Below are positions 1-10,473 of a stretch of DNA of 19,931 bases, piece by piece (positions within the stretch are counted from its first letter, which is position 1; every line of letters begins with the position of its first letter). The stretch covers positions 1-19,931 of the forward strand of contig JAQGDQ010001939.1 of NCBI GenBank assembly GCA_030141605.1, in the 5' to 3' direction. The position numbers and the translations under genes were made by a program. The DNA is from Tubiluchus corallicola (lineage: Eukaryota; Animalia; Priapulida). The notes under the pieces are model-generated. The model was not told the DNA's origin and searched no databases. It was given only the letters and a program-made list of their open reading frames with translations.

Positions 1-1
1 G

Positions 2-857
2 GAAACCGCAATAAAGGAACTCTCTCAACAGCAGGACCTCATGCTGTTCTTCTTGGGCGGCGGAGAAGGAACCGGACAAAGTGCTGGTGAAGATGAGGAC
101 GAATACAGCGAAGAGGAGGAAGAAGATGACTATGGAGAAGATGAAGATGGTTATGGAAAGGATGAGGATGAATATGGTGAGACTAAAGGTTATAAGGATG
201 ACCGTTATGATGAAGACAGAGGTTACGATGATGACAAATATGGAGATGATGGTTATAAAGATGATAAATATGGTGACAGATATGGAGAAGATGACAGATA
301 TGGTGACAGGTATGAAAAAGATGAAGATGAGGGTTATGGTGATGATGATGACAGAGAAGATCGTTACGGTGAGGACGGCAGGAGAGGCGTTGACAAGAGA
401 CGACCACCTCGCCGTAAACAAGATGGCAAGAGACGTGAACAGAGACAACAAAGAAGAGACGACAGACCTACCAGAAGAAGAGAAGACAGAGATGACAGAC
501 GTCCCATAGGAAGGAGAGATGATAAAGACGAGGACGAAAGACAACGGGTAACAGAAAGAGGACAACGGAGACGCGATCGAAAAGATGAAGCTGATGAACA
601 AAGGCAACCAGCTGGGCGGGACAGGTACAAATCAAAAGACCGTAGACGGAAACCGACAAGAGAATACGAAGAAGAAGATGACGAAGAGAGAGAAGAAGAA
701 CAAAGAATCAGGCCTGGAAGACGTCCTGACCGTCCTGCCCAGACACGACCAAGTGGCAGACCAAAGCAGAGAATTGGTGGCAAACCTTCCAGAGCACAGC
801 TTGCAAGAAGAGAGAGGGATGATGTAGATGAACAAGAAACAGAAGAAACCAAAACTG
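2..857 (+). CDS. Large low-complexity charged exon (5'-partial) of secreted acidic C-type lectin domain protein, plus copy
   Basis: Frame is open from base 2 (ETAIKELSQQQDLMLFFLGGGEG...). D/E/Y/G-rich then R/D-rich. Ends ACT G|GTAACT (donor 858, phase 1), matching the phase of the next exon. Confidence 0.85.
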
Positions 858-923
858 GTAACTCACTTAAAGAAATGTATATATATATAAATGTTCGTTG
901 AATAATTGATCTTGGGTATGAAC

Positions 924-1703
924 CAGTGGCGGGTCGTGTATAGGTACTGTGGAACTTCAGCACCCCCTATTTTCATTCAGTATTGTGGATGATATTCAAT
1001 ATAATGTCTTTTTTCTTTAGCTCTTCTTTATAATCGTACGGTACTCAGGGCCTATTTCAGCCTAAGCGAGGCTCGGGGAAGTGGGGTGTATGAGGCCTCC
1101 TCGGGGGGGGGGGCACCATGTTTGGCGCCCAGAAATTTTTTGAACTGCTAGAACGCCGGAGAAGCATTTTCCAAGAGAAAATATGGAGTTATACAGTATG
1201 TTCGCATAAAGCAAAAAAAATAATGTTACCTCGGCGCGAGGCCCCCTGGAGGGTGAGGCCCCGGGGAAGTATCCCCACTTTCCCCCCTTGAAATAGGCCC
1301 TGACGGTACTAGAGCACGTGAGGGTAGTACTGTTTGCTTCACAGCCCAGCACAGTACGCTCACAGCTCCAGGAACCTGGTGTGTGGCTGTTGTGCGCATG
1401 CGGCCACGTGCACGTGTCTGAGTACAGGTAGAGAAAGTACTGTCGCTCACAGAGATTTTCGTTAGTTGTCGCGTGCTTACCGTGAATGGGTCAAGTTTGA
1501 ACTGTGACAAAATATTTTTTTATTTCGGATTTTATCCAGTTTATGTATGAACGTTCGTATGTTTTATTGTTCAAAATTATAATTGCAAATTACAGCATTA
1601 AGATTATATACTTATGTTTGTTATGTTTTACACAGTTTTAAAACTATGGCTTGAATTTTTTCTGAAGCAGCACCCCACTAATTTTAGCTTAGAGCCGCCA
1701 CTG
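924..1703. mobile_element. Non-autonomous hAT-like MITE (family 1), intronic
   Basis: Termini CAGTGGCGG...CCGCCACTG. Degenerate 8-bp TSD GTATGAAC/GTATAAAG. Internal and subterminal similarity to 4442-5482. Confidence 0.8.
1046..1302. mobile_element. 257-bp hAT-like MITE nested in the family 1 element
   Basis: 14-bp perfect TIR CAGGGCCTATTTCA/TGAAATAGGCCCTG. Perfect 8-bp TSD ACGGTACT (1038-1045, 1303-1310). Confidence 0.92.
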
Positions 1704-1827
1704 GTATAAAGTTCACTTTATATATATGAGCAAATTAAATAAGATGTAAAAGCTTTCACCATGTGCTTATTTTTTCTTCTTTCCTTTTCTTCTTTTTTGA
1801 ACATTAAACTTGTGCGTTTGTACACAG

Positions 1828-1988
1828 TTGAAGATGAAGAAGAGGGCGAAGAAAGCGAAGCCTTTGGAAGAAGAAGAAGAAAAGAAGAATTCGAGGATGA
1901 AGAAGAAGAATCTGATGAAGACGAATTAGGAGACGAAGAACAGGAATTAGAAGACGAAGAGGAAGAGGAGGAGGAAGAAGAGCCGTCT
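1828..1988 (+). CDS. Poly-Glu exon of C-type lectin gene, plus copy
   Basis: Pyrimidine-rich upstream sequence and acceptor TACACAG|TT (phase 1). Reads VEDEEEGEESEAFGRRRRKEEFEDEEE...EEPS. Donor TCT|GTATGT (phase 0). Confidence 0.85.
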
Positions 1989-2205
1989 GTATGTGTTAAA
2001 TTGTTTGTGTCAAATTAAGCTAAGTCAGTTTTGCTACAATCAGGCAAAACCTTTTATCTTTCATTTGTTTTCTTTTTCCCTTTTATTTTGTTTTCTTCCT
2101 TTCCTTTCTTTCGTGTTTCTTTCAGTTTATTCTCTTTTGCTTCTTTCTTTTTTTACTTCATTTTGCTTTTTTTCGACCTTTAAGTTCGTTATTCATTATT
2201 TGCCT

Positions 2206-2775
2206 ACTCTCTCTCTCTCTTGCTCTCTCTTTCTCTCTCACTCTCTCCTTGCATCTCTCTCTCTCTCTCTTTCTCTCTTGCTCTCTCTTTCTCTCTCACT
2301 CTCTCCTTGCGTCTCACTCTCTCCTTGCGTCTCTCTCTCTCTCTCTCTCACTCTCTCTCTTTCTCTCTTGCTCTCTCACTCTCTCCTTGCGTCTCTCTCT
2401 CTCTCTTTCTCTCTTGCTCTCTCTTTCTCTCTCGCTCTCTCCTTGCGTCTCTCTTTCTCTCTCACTCTCTTCTTGCGTCTCCCTCTCTTTCTCTCTCACT
2501 CTCTCCTTGCATCTCTCTCTCTCTTTCTCTTGCTCTCTCACTCTCTCCTTGCGTCTCTCTCTCTCTTTCTCTCTCACTCTCTCCTTGCATCTCTCTCTCT
2601 CTCTTTCCCTCTCACTCTCTCCTTGCATCTCTCTCTCTCTCTTTCTCTCTTGCTCTCTCACTCTCTCCTTGCGTCTCTCTCTCTCTTTCTCTCTCACTCT
2701 CTCCTTGCGTCTCTCTCTCTCTCTTTCTCTCTCACTCTCTCCTTGCATCTCTCTCTCTCTCTCCCCTTCTCTCGC
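2206..2775. repeat. Compound CT-rich mini/microsatellite (units like CTCTCTCACTCTCTCCTTGCGTCTCTCT...TTCT)
   Basis: Directly visible. It produces the spurious SL/RE ORFs. Confidence 0.95.
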
Positions 2776-3062
2776 TTTCTTTTGTCAATAAGATTAACAA
2801 TGTGTTTTAAATCAGTTGTGCACGCTGGAATTGTTTTCCACAGCGAACATTTTAAACTATTAAGAATTCTCTTTCCCAATTACATAAGTCTTTCGAACAG
2901 GTAAGGACAATGTCAAACAGTATAATATCGTATGAAAACTTGTATGTGCGTGTATATGTATTGAGTTTTAATATGTATTGTATTTTTATATGTATTTGTG
3001 CGCTCGTACCCAGCAAATATAGGGTTTTGTATTACTGTACTATTATAATATCCTTGTTGCAG

Positions 3063-3306
3063 ATGTGTCCAGAAGGTTCTCTGATGTTCATGGCAGAGAA
3101 TGCCACAGAGGTCTCATGCTACATGGCGTTTGCAACAAATCTCACCTGGTTTGACGCGCGCACTGCATGTCACATCATGGGCTCCACTCTGGTCAGTGTG
3201 GAATCTCCGGAGGAGCACATGGCAATCACCCTTTTCATGAACGAGAACTTCAAGGACATGACACCAGGTGGCATCTGGACGTCAGCCAGCGACATCGATG
3301 AAGAAG
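3063..3306 (+). CDS. C-type lectin domain, N-terminal half exon, plus copy
   Basis: Acceptor TTGCAG|ATG (phase 0). CPEG...SCY...LTWFDARTAC...GSTLVSVESPEEH...IWTSASDIDEEG has the hallmark CTLD residues. Donor G|GTACTG (phase 1). Confidence 0.93.
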
Positions 3307-3789
3307 GTACTGGAAGGACTGTTGCTACTACTGTTCACGTTACCAGATGATTTGTTCACCTTTATAAATGTGCAGTTTGTTACCATTTGTAACGTTTTAG
3401 TAGCAAATCAATACTGTCTTGGTTTACCGGATACGTTCCATGCTTCGTGTAAGATTACATGAGTATGGATGCACTGCAGAATGCCAGCTAAAGGCAACAC
3501 AAAAGCAACATAAACTATTGGTTCACTGTTTGGTTTACTGTGATTTTAAAAAAAATTAAAAACAATTTAATACGTGTACGGTTTTGCGGATATTATCCAC
3601 GCGTTTGTGCTTGTACTCATATTTCTGTTTTTCTTCCGACTTGTTTTTTTCTTTCTCCTTCAATTTCTTTTCCTTTCTGTTTTTTAGATGTATTTTCTAT
3701 TTCTCTCTCTTTTTGTGCCCTTTCCTTTTTTCATCTGTGAGTCTATTTCTTTCCTTTTCTCTATGCTTATTATGTTATTATTTTTTCCT

Positions 3790-3941
<152 letters not shown>

Positions 3942-4017
3942 GACCCTTTTATCGAGCAAGGCATAATCTTAACAGAAAAACCCTGCTTTCGTTATGCATT
4001 TAGCTTCTATCTTGCAG

Positions 4018-4346
4018 GTGTCTGGATGTGGACATCTCACGACAAGCCAGTAGAATACGAGGCCTGGGCCTACGGACAGCCCAACGAAGGCAACACAGCC
4101 AATTGTATGTTCATGAACGCCAACGTGGCCTTCCTCTTCTTCGACGGTCGATGTGACGCATCAGCCAGCTACATGTGTGAGAGAACTGTGCCAGTGCCCG
4201 CCGAACAAGAAGAAGAGGAGGAAGAGGACAGTAGGCAAATTGATGACGAAGAGACAACTACGACTACAGAAGCTTACACTCCTGACCTGACGACGACCGA
4301 GGAGTTTACTACTACCACTGATTATTATTATTATTCTACTGAGTAA
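4018..4346 (+). CDS. C-type lectin domain C-terminal half plus acidic Thr/Tyr tail, last coding exon, plus copy
   Basis: Acceptor CTTGCAG|GT (phase 1). Reads GVWMWTS...YEAWAYGQPNEGNTANC...FFDGRC...YMCE, then an E/T-rich tail and TAA at 4344-4346. Confidence 0.93.
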
Positions 4347-4441
4347 AGGCTGATCAAAGCAGCTGTTGTCATAGCAACACGAAGATAACTGTGTAATTAA
4401 TACGGGGTCAATCATAGCCCTGATTCCTCAACTCCCCTGAC

Positions 4442-5482
4442 CAGTGGCGGCTCGGGTATAATTACTGTGGTACTGCAGGACCTTCCCGGGGTTCCCACAC
4501 AATTTTAAAATAAATTTCCCCGATTTTTCCACAACTTCTGCCTCACCAAATATTTTTTCCCTGACCAAAATAAATAGAAATTGCATTACCAGTATACATA
4601 TTCGAACATTTTTGAGTATGGACATTCATACGTATACCGATATATAATGTGTCGGACAATCATTATTTTTGGAACAGAAATTGAAACTGGGAGCCTGTCG
4701 TAGCAAAATTTTATTTGAACACGAATCGTAAAAAACATGTTTGGAAAAATATCGGTTCACGGTGATTATTTTTGCAACCCTTTCCAATTTCCTAACCTTT
4801 TGCCGAAGCCTGATTTTTTTACCAAATTATCTTTTCCCCTTACTTTTCCATGACTTTCCAGGATAGCTTCATCTTCAAGGATTTTCCCTGACCATTGGAA
4901 CGATGCCCCTATTGCCACTCATTATTATCGATAATATTCAATAATAATAATAAGAGTTTTCTCTTTAGTTCTTTCTTTCTATTTGTACGGAACCTTAGCA
5001 CGCGAAGCAATTTGCTTCACAGCCCGAGCAACGTGTTTGGCTGTTGTGCGTATGTGGCCATGCAAACATGTCTGAGATAGCACGCTGTACGCTAGCGGTT
5101 GCTGCTAGGTAGAAAAGCACTGCCTCTATCACAGTAACAATTGCCACTAGCTTACCGTGTACCGTCATATTCTTGGATATGATTAAGTGTAAACTTAGCG
5201 CATGTGCTTAAACCATAAATTATCTAATAATGGACGCCTTGCGTTCATAACAAATGAGTTCTGTGACTGTAAGGGAACTACAACAGCTTAATTTTTCACA
5301 GTTGTCTCTTCATGAGAAAGTTGCAGTTAAGAAAAGAGGCCATCCAACACCCGATCTTCAAATATAACTACAACATTAAAATTACGTATGTTTATTACGT
5401 TTTACACAGTATTAAAATTTTACACAGGCTAAAAATTTTCAGAAATAGCACCCTCACTAATTTTAGCTACGAGCCGCCACTG
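4442..5482. mobile_element. Second, diverged copy of hAT-like MITE family 1, just 3' of the stop codon
   Basis: Termini CAGTGGCGGCTCG...CGAGCCGCCACTG. Shares TTTGCTTCACAGCCC, GGCTGTTGTGCG and CACTAATTTTAGCT with 924-1703. TSD degenerate (5/8). Confidence 0.8.
4487..4905. mobile_element. Probable old TIR element nested in the second MITE copy
   Basis: Segment is absent from copy 1. Degenerate ends CGGGGTTCCCAC...TTGGAACGATG and repeated TTTTCCCTGACC motifs. No clear TSD. Confidence 0.45.
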
Positions 5483-6924
5483 TCCGTGAATCCATGAGTT
5501 CCCATGATTGCTTGTTTTTGAAGAAAAGGCCAAGTCTTTCGGCAAGTTGGGCTTATTTCTTTGTTCGCGAAAAACGTTAGAAGGATTTAGTAATAAAAGT
5601 GTGATAAGCATATCATTTAATTAGTAAAATCAGTTTAAAGTCGCGATCATTTCACGCTTGGGCGCCTCCATTTTCAGCGACTCATCTTCCACCAATGACG
5701 TCATTCATCGACTGAAAAAGCAGCGCATTGTCAACTTCCGTCAAAGGTATAATAAGATTTTGCAAAAATGTACCACATAGCTAATTTTGTGAAAGTTTTG
5801 TATGAACATTAGGTAAGCTTCGGACGTTTGAATTAGTTTAAGCAGCACACGCTTGCAGAAAGCCATGATGTGCTTATGCAAAGTCACAAAGCTCACCAGT
5901 GACGTCATAATGGAATAGAGGCAACCACACAGCGTCCGAAAATTTCTGTATTGCAGTGTTGTGGTTTATAGACAATTTTTTGCGATTCGTTTTGTTATAT
6001 TTTTCTTACGTTTAAGTGATAACAGTAAAATAAACCCAACAAGCTAAATGACTTGTCTTTGCCTTTAATTGCTAGCTTCTTCTCTTTCCAATGCCTCGCT
6101 TACTTATTCTTTGTTTTTCTGTAGAAAAATATTGTTATCCATAAAAATCTTGAAAGGACTGAAATTGTAAGGCACAACTCCGTTTCGTCCCTTATTTTGT
6201 CACCATCTCTGGACGCTTTTACGTGTAGAAGCGTATCATTCTATGCAAATGTATAAGCTAAGCAAATGTACTTGTTTTTTTGCAGAATTTCGAGGCAGGC
6301 CTTAAAAACCATTAGTGTGTGATAAGGGTTCATTAGATGAGTTAATATTTCGATCTATTGTAAATAGTTTAGTGCAATGATGGGAACGATGCTGCAAAAA
6401 CACGTGTTCAACGTGCAAAAAGTGATATCTTGAAGCTAAAGTATCCATGAGTACCTATTAGTAGGCGCGCAAGTTTGAAATTAGCCTAGGCTCAGAACTT
6501 GTTACTTAATTATAGAATTATATAATACGATAATAATTATAAGATTAATTATATAATCTTTTGCTACGAGTTTGCCACTTTGTACAATGTATGAAAGACT
6601 GCGCCATAACCATTCTTTCAAAATTGGACGAAATACAGAATATAAAGATTTTATCGTCCAACACTTCACGTGCAACAAAAATCGTATGTGTACCGTGCCT
6701 CCCAGCTTTCGTTGCAAATATTTTTACAATATTTTCTGAAGCTTTGAGAACGTTTAAAATTATAGAGAAAATCTGATGCTAGCAAGTAAAAATTGTAAGC
6801 GTGTTATGACACACGCTAAGAAACAGTTAAAAGTTGTATCAGTTAAAGTTGAGTTTGTGCCAGCACCATTAAACTTGGGTCATTCAGTTTAGTAACGAGA
6901 ATCAATAATAATTTCGCTGTAACG

Positions 6925-7143
6925 ACGCGTTCAGACAAGCGAGTTTTCTTTCTGACAGTAACTCGCAAGTGTGAACTGTTTTGCGAGTTACTGTCGGCAA
7001 GTTACTGCAAACGCTCCGATAGGTTACTGTGAGGTGATTTACTGTCTAACGTGACCGCCTGGGCGAGTTACTCTGGAATCAGCTCGCCCTTAATGTTGGA
7101 GAGTAACTCACTGCAGGTTTTACTTTCTAGTCTAAATGCACTT
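6925..7143. mobile_element. Possible degenerate MITE with GAGTTACT motifs and internal hairpin
   Basis: Imperfect ends GCGTTCAGACAAG / CTAGTCTAAATGC. 15-bp perfect stem 6954-6968/6981-6995. Confidence 0.4.
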
Positions 7144-7383
7144 TCGAGTTACTTGGCGAGTTAACTTGGTAAGTGAACTCGCTAGAGTCAGTTTATTGCA
7201 GATCATAAAATTATAACATCAACTTTCAGCTTGTTAGATAAAGCTGTGGACCATAGAGTAGAAATTGTGTAAAACGAGTTCAAAAATAATGAACAAATAA
7301 ATAAATTAATTACCTTGTTACATTCTGCATTGTGTTTGTGACTTTCCTACGTTCATAAATACTTTGTTTGACAAATTACAATA

Positions 7384-8087
7384 GGTTTTACACGTCAAAT
7401 GTAGACACAGGAAAGTTCAAATGTGACTTAGGTAAGTCAAATGTAGACATAGGAATTTCGAATGTGTTTTGGTAACTCAAATGTGACTTAGGTAAGTCAA
7501 ATGTGGACATAGGAAGTTCGAAAGTGTTTTGGTAACTCAAATGTGACTTAGGTAAGTCAAATGTAGGCATAGAATTCTACATTTTATTTGTCAAGGTTTT
7601 ACAGAAAATGTCGGCAGAAAAGAATAAATCGGTTCCCACTTCCCAATGAACAGTGAATCACTAATTAGTTTTTTAAGTAATGCATTAGCACTGCATTAAT
7701 GAATTAGTTTCTCTCAAGAAACATTGCTTATTTTAAGAATGTATTGTTTTCTCTAACAGTTCCAGTGGCATGTAAAGTTTGCAGAACATTAGTGAACTAT
7801 TAGTAGACCTATAAAGTTATTATTTTCACAGCAATTATTAAATTGAGATTAAAGAAGATTAAATTTAACATCCTTAAGCTTTACCACCTATCCACATTTG
7901 AGATACCAATGTCACATTTAACTTGACATGTGTCTACATTTGACTTACCAAAAACGCTTAAGATTTCTTGAAAACCATTGTTAACACATTTGAACTACCT
8001 AAGTCTACATCTGAGTTACCAAGACACATTTGAATTACCTAAATCTACATTTGAGTTAACGCATGTCTACATTTGACATGTAAAACC
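7384..8087. mobile_element. Foldback-like TIR element with subterminal ~20-bp tandem repeats
   Basis: TIR GGTTTTACAYGTCAAATGTAGACA (one mismatch) flanked by TA. TCAAATGT-based ~20-bp repeats at 7394-7570 and inverted at ~7890-8078. Confidence 0.8.
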
Positions 8088-8494
8088 TATATAATACAAC
8101 TTGTGACACACACTCATACACATGTATGCATTGTTACATACAGAGATCGTATGAAGCTAGGCCTATATAATTAACAATACAAATTGATTACCCTTAGCAC
8201 TTAGGTCTATATAGAATCAATTATAGAATAAAAAAATGTGCTTCATTTTGCAACAGCTGATAATTTTTTAAAGTATTTAAGACATTTAGTATGCATGCTA
8301 TGCTGATTTATACAAAGTCATCTCTAAAGTACTGTACCTTGCACAGTTTTTATGCTACGTAGATTTTCTAGTTTGCCATTTTATCACCATTTTTAGTCTA
8401 TTGTTATTGGCTTAAATCGAAATAACTATTAACAAATCAAATAACTGTCAGTTTTAAAATTTCATTAATTGTAAAGGCAGAAAATATTCTTGTA

Positions 8495-8574
8495 CAACAA
8501 CAATAACAGTAGCAGCAGCAGCACCAGCACCAGCAACTACAACAAAAAATAACAACAACAACAACAACAGCAAC
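8495..8574. repeat. Imperfect (CAA)n/(CAG)n trinucleotide run at the left palindrome junction
   Basis: CAACAACAATAACAGTAGCAGCAGCAGCACCAGC...CAACAACAACAACAGCAAC. Confidence 0.85.
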
Positions 8575-8842
8575 TTGTACTTGCACAAAAGCAGTCTGGG
8601 GCTGACATACTGCAGTTTGAAACATGCAAGTATTAAAATCTCAGCTAATTTTGCAGTTATCAGCAATTTTGCTGGCATCGGACCAATAAATAGACAACTT
8701 CTAGTAACAAGCAGTTTATTTCACTTATTTCATTTATTTCATGACACAGAACGTTAAAATCGTGCAAAATGTTAAGAAACTTTTTAGTAAATACAATGTT
8801 GATAAACCTCATGCGGGGTTTATTCCTTCCTTTAACCATTAA

Positions 8843-9334
8843 CAGGCTGCATAAGATTATGGATATCCATAAAATAAGACCAAAAATCCATAAAATAAAA
8901 TTTGAAAAATGAAAACGAACGTTAGAAGGAGAGAAAGAGAAAGAAAACAAACCAACAAAAGCGCATTTCCGGATTTGCTATTTTACATTGTTTTTTTCTC
9001 ATTGTCTTTTTGTTATCAAGATGGCGAAGTTTCAACCAAAGCATGAGCTGGAGTTCGATCTGAAAATAACTGAGAGAGACCCAGCCATTGTGTCGTAAAA
9101 TTTGATTAAATTTGAAGTGATAGTGATATGAAACCGATAAAATTAAAACTAGGTCGTGCGTGTTTAAAAACACGTTTCAAGCACTCCTGTTTTTACTTTT
9201 TAATTGATTTCCCCCTGGGCATCTCGTTCCAGTTATAGTCTATTTTTATTTTATTGATATCCATAAAATAAAATATTAAAAATCAATAAGCTATTTTATT
9301 TATGTTATACATATCCATAATCTTATGCACCCTG
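8843..9334. mobile_element. 492-bp MITE in the palindrome spacer
   Basis: 24-bp TIR CAGGCTGCATAAGATTATGGATAT vs CAGGGTGCATAAGATTATGGATAT (23/24). Subterminal ATCCATAAAATAA repeats. No matching 8-bp TSD. Confidence 0.85.
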
Positions 9335-9769
9335 ATAAGAAACAACAGTTAATATATGGGATACAAGAATATTTTCTGCCTTTACAATTAATGAAATTTT
9401 AAAACTGACAGTTATTTGATTTGTTAATAGTTATTTCGATTTAAGCCAATAACAATAGACTAAAAATGGTGATAAAATGGCAAACTAGAAAATCTACGTA
9501 GCATAAAAAACTGTGCAAGGTACAGTACTTTAGAGATGACTTTGTATAAATCAGCATAGCATGCATACTAAATGTCTTAAATACTTTAAAAAATTATCAG
9601 CTGTTGCAAAATGAAGCACATTTTTTTATTCTATAATTGATTCTATATAGACCTAAGTGCTAAGGGTAATCAATTTGTATTGTTAATTATATAGGCCTAG
9701 CTTCATACGATCTCTGTATGTAACAATGCATACATGTGTATGAGTGTGTGTCACAAGTTGTATTATATA

Positions 9770-10473
9770 GGTTTTACATGTCAAATGTAGACATGCGTTA
9801 ACTCAAATGTAGATTTAGGTAATTCAAATGTGTCTTGGTAACTCAGATGTAGACTTAGGTAGTTCAAATGTGTTAACAATGGTTTTCAAGAAATCTTAAG
9901 CGTTTTTGGTAAGTCAAATGTAGACACATGTCAAGTTAAATGTGACATTGGTATCTCAAATGTGGATAGGTGGTAAAGCTTAAGGATGTTAAATTTAATC
10001 TTCTTTAATCTCAATTTAATAATTGCTGTGAAAATAATAACTTTATAGGTCTACTAATAGTTCACTAATGTTCTGCAAACTTTACATGCCACTGGAACTG
10101 TTAGAGAAAACAATACATTCTTAAAATAAGCAATGTTTCTTGAGAGAAACTAATTCATTAATGCAGTGCTAATGCATTACTTAAAAAACTAATTAGTGAT
10201 TCACTGTTCATTGGGAAGTGGGAACCGATTTATTCTTTTCTGCCGACATTTTCTGTAAAACCTTGACAAATAAAATGTAGAATTCTATGCCTACATTTGA
10301 CTTACCTAAGTCACATTTGAGTTACCAAAACACTTTCGAACTTCCTATGTCCACATTTGACTTACCTAAGTCACATTTGAGTTACCAAAACACATTCGAA
10401 ATTCCTATGTCTACATTTGACTTACCTAAGTCACATTTGAACTTTCCTGTGTCTACATTTGACGTGTAAAACC
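9770..10473. mobile_element. Mirror copy of foldback-like element
   Basis: Reverse complement of 7384-8087. Confidence 0.8.

Larger units (their letters stand above)
8495..9361. other. Unique 867-bp spacer (loop) of the palindrome
   Basis: No mirror partner. Contains a CAA/CAG low-complexity run and a TIR element. Confidence 0.9.

Noticed and set aside
858-901. ORF 41-901 treated as a complete single-exon gene
   Set aside because: The frame is open upstream of the ATG at 41, and the last residues are read-through past the donor at 858.
81-963. Met-rich alternative-frame ORF (81-509), His-rich and Ser-rich antisense ORFs, and their mirrors (e.g. 17222-17824)
   Set aside because: Shadow frames of the GAT/GAA-rich exon. 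Only the acidic frame fits the splice phases.
1993-2904. Long SL-rich / RE-rich ORFs (also 3584-3966, 13891-14273, 14953-15835)
   Set aside because: They are stop-free translations of intronic CT/AG satellites.
5635-6068. Possible TTAA-flanked (Kolobok-like) element, TTAAAG...CTTTAA
   Set aside because: The ends share no convincing inverted repeat beyond TTAAAG.
7388-7570. Regular repeats resembling a CRISPR array, and the repetitive ORF MPTFDLPKSH...
   Set aside because: Head-to-tail tandem units without unique spacers, inside a TIR element in eukaryotic DNA with no cas genes.
8495-8757. Poly-Q/N-like coding exon in the spacer
   Set aside because: No convincing splice sites or sustained ORF; it is a simple trinucleotide run.
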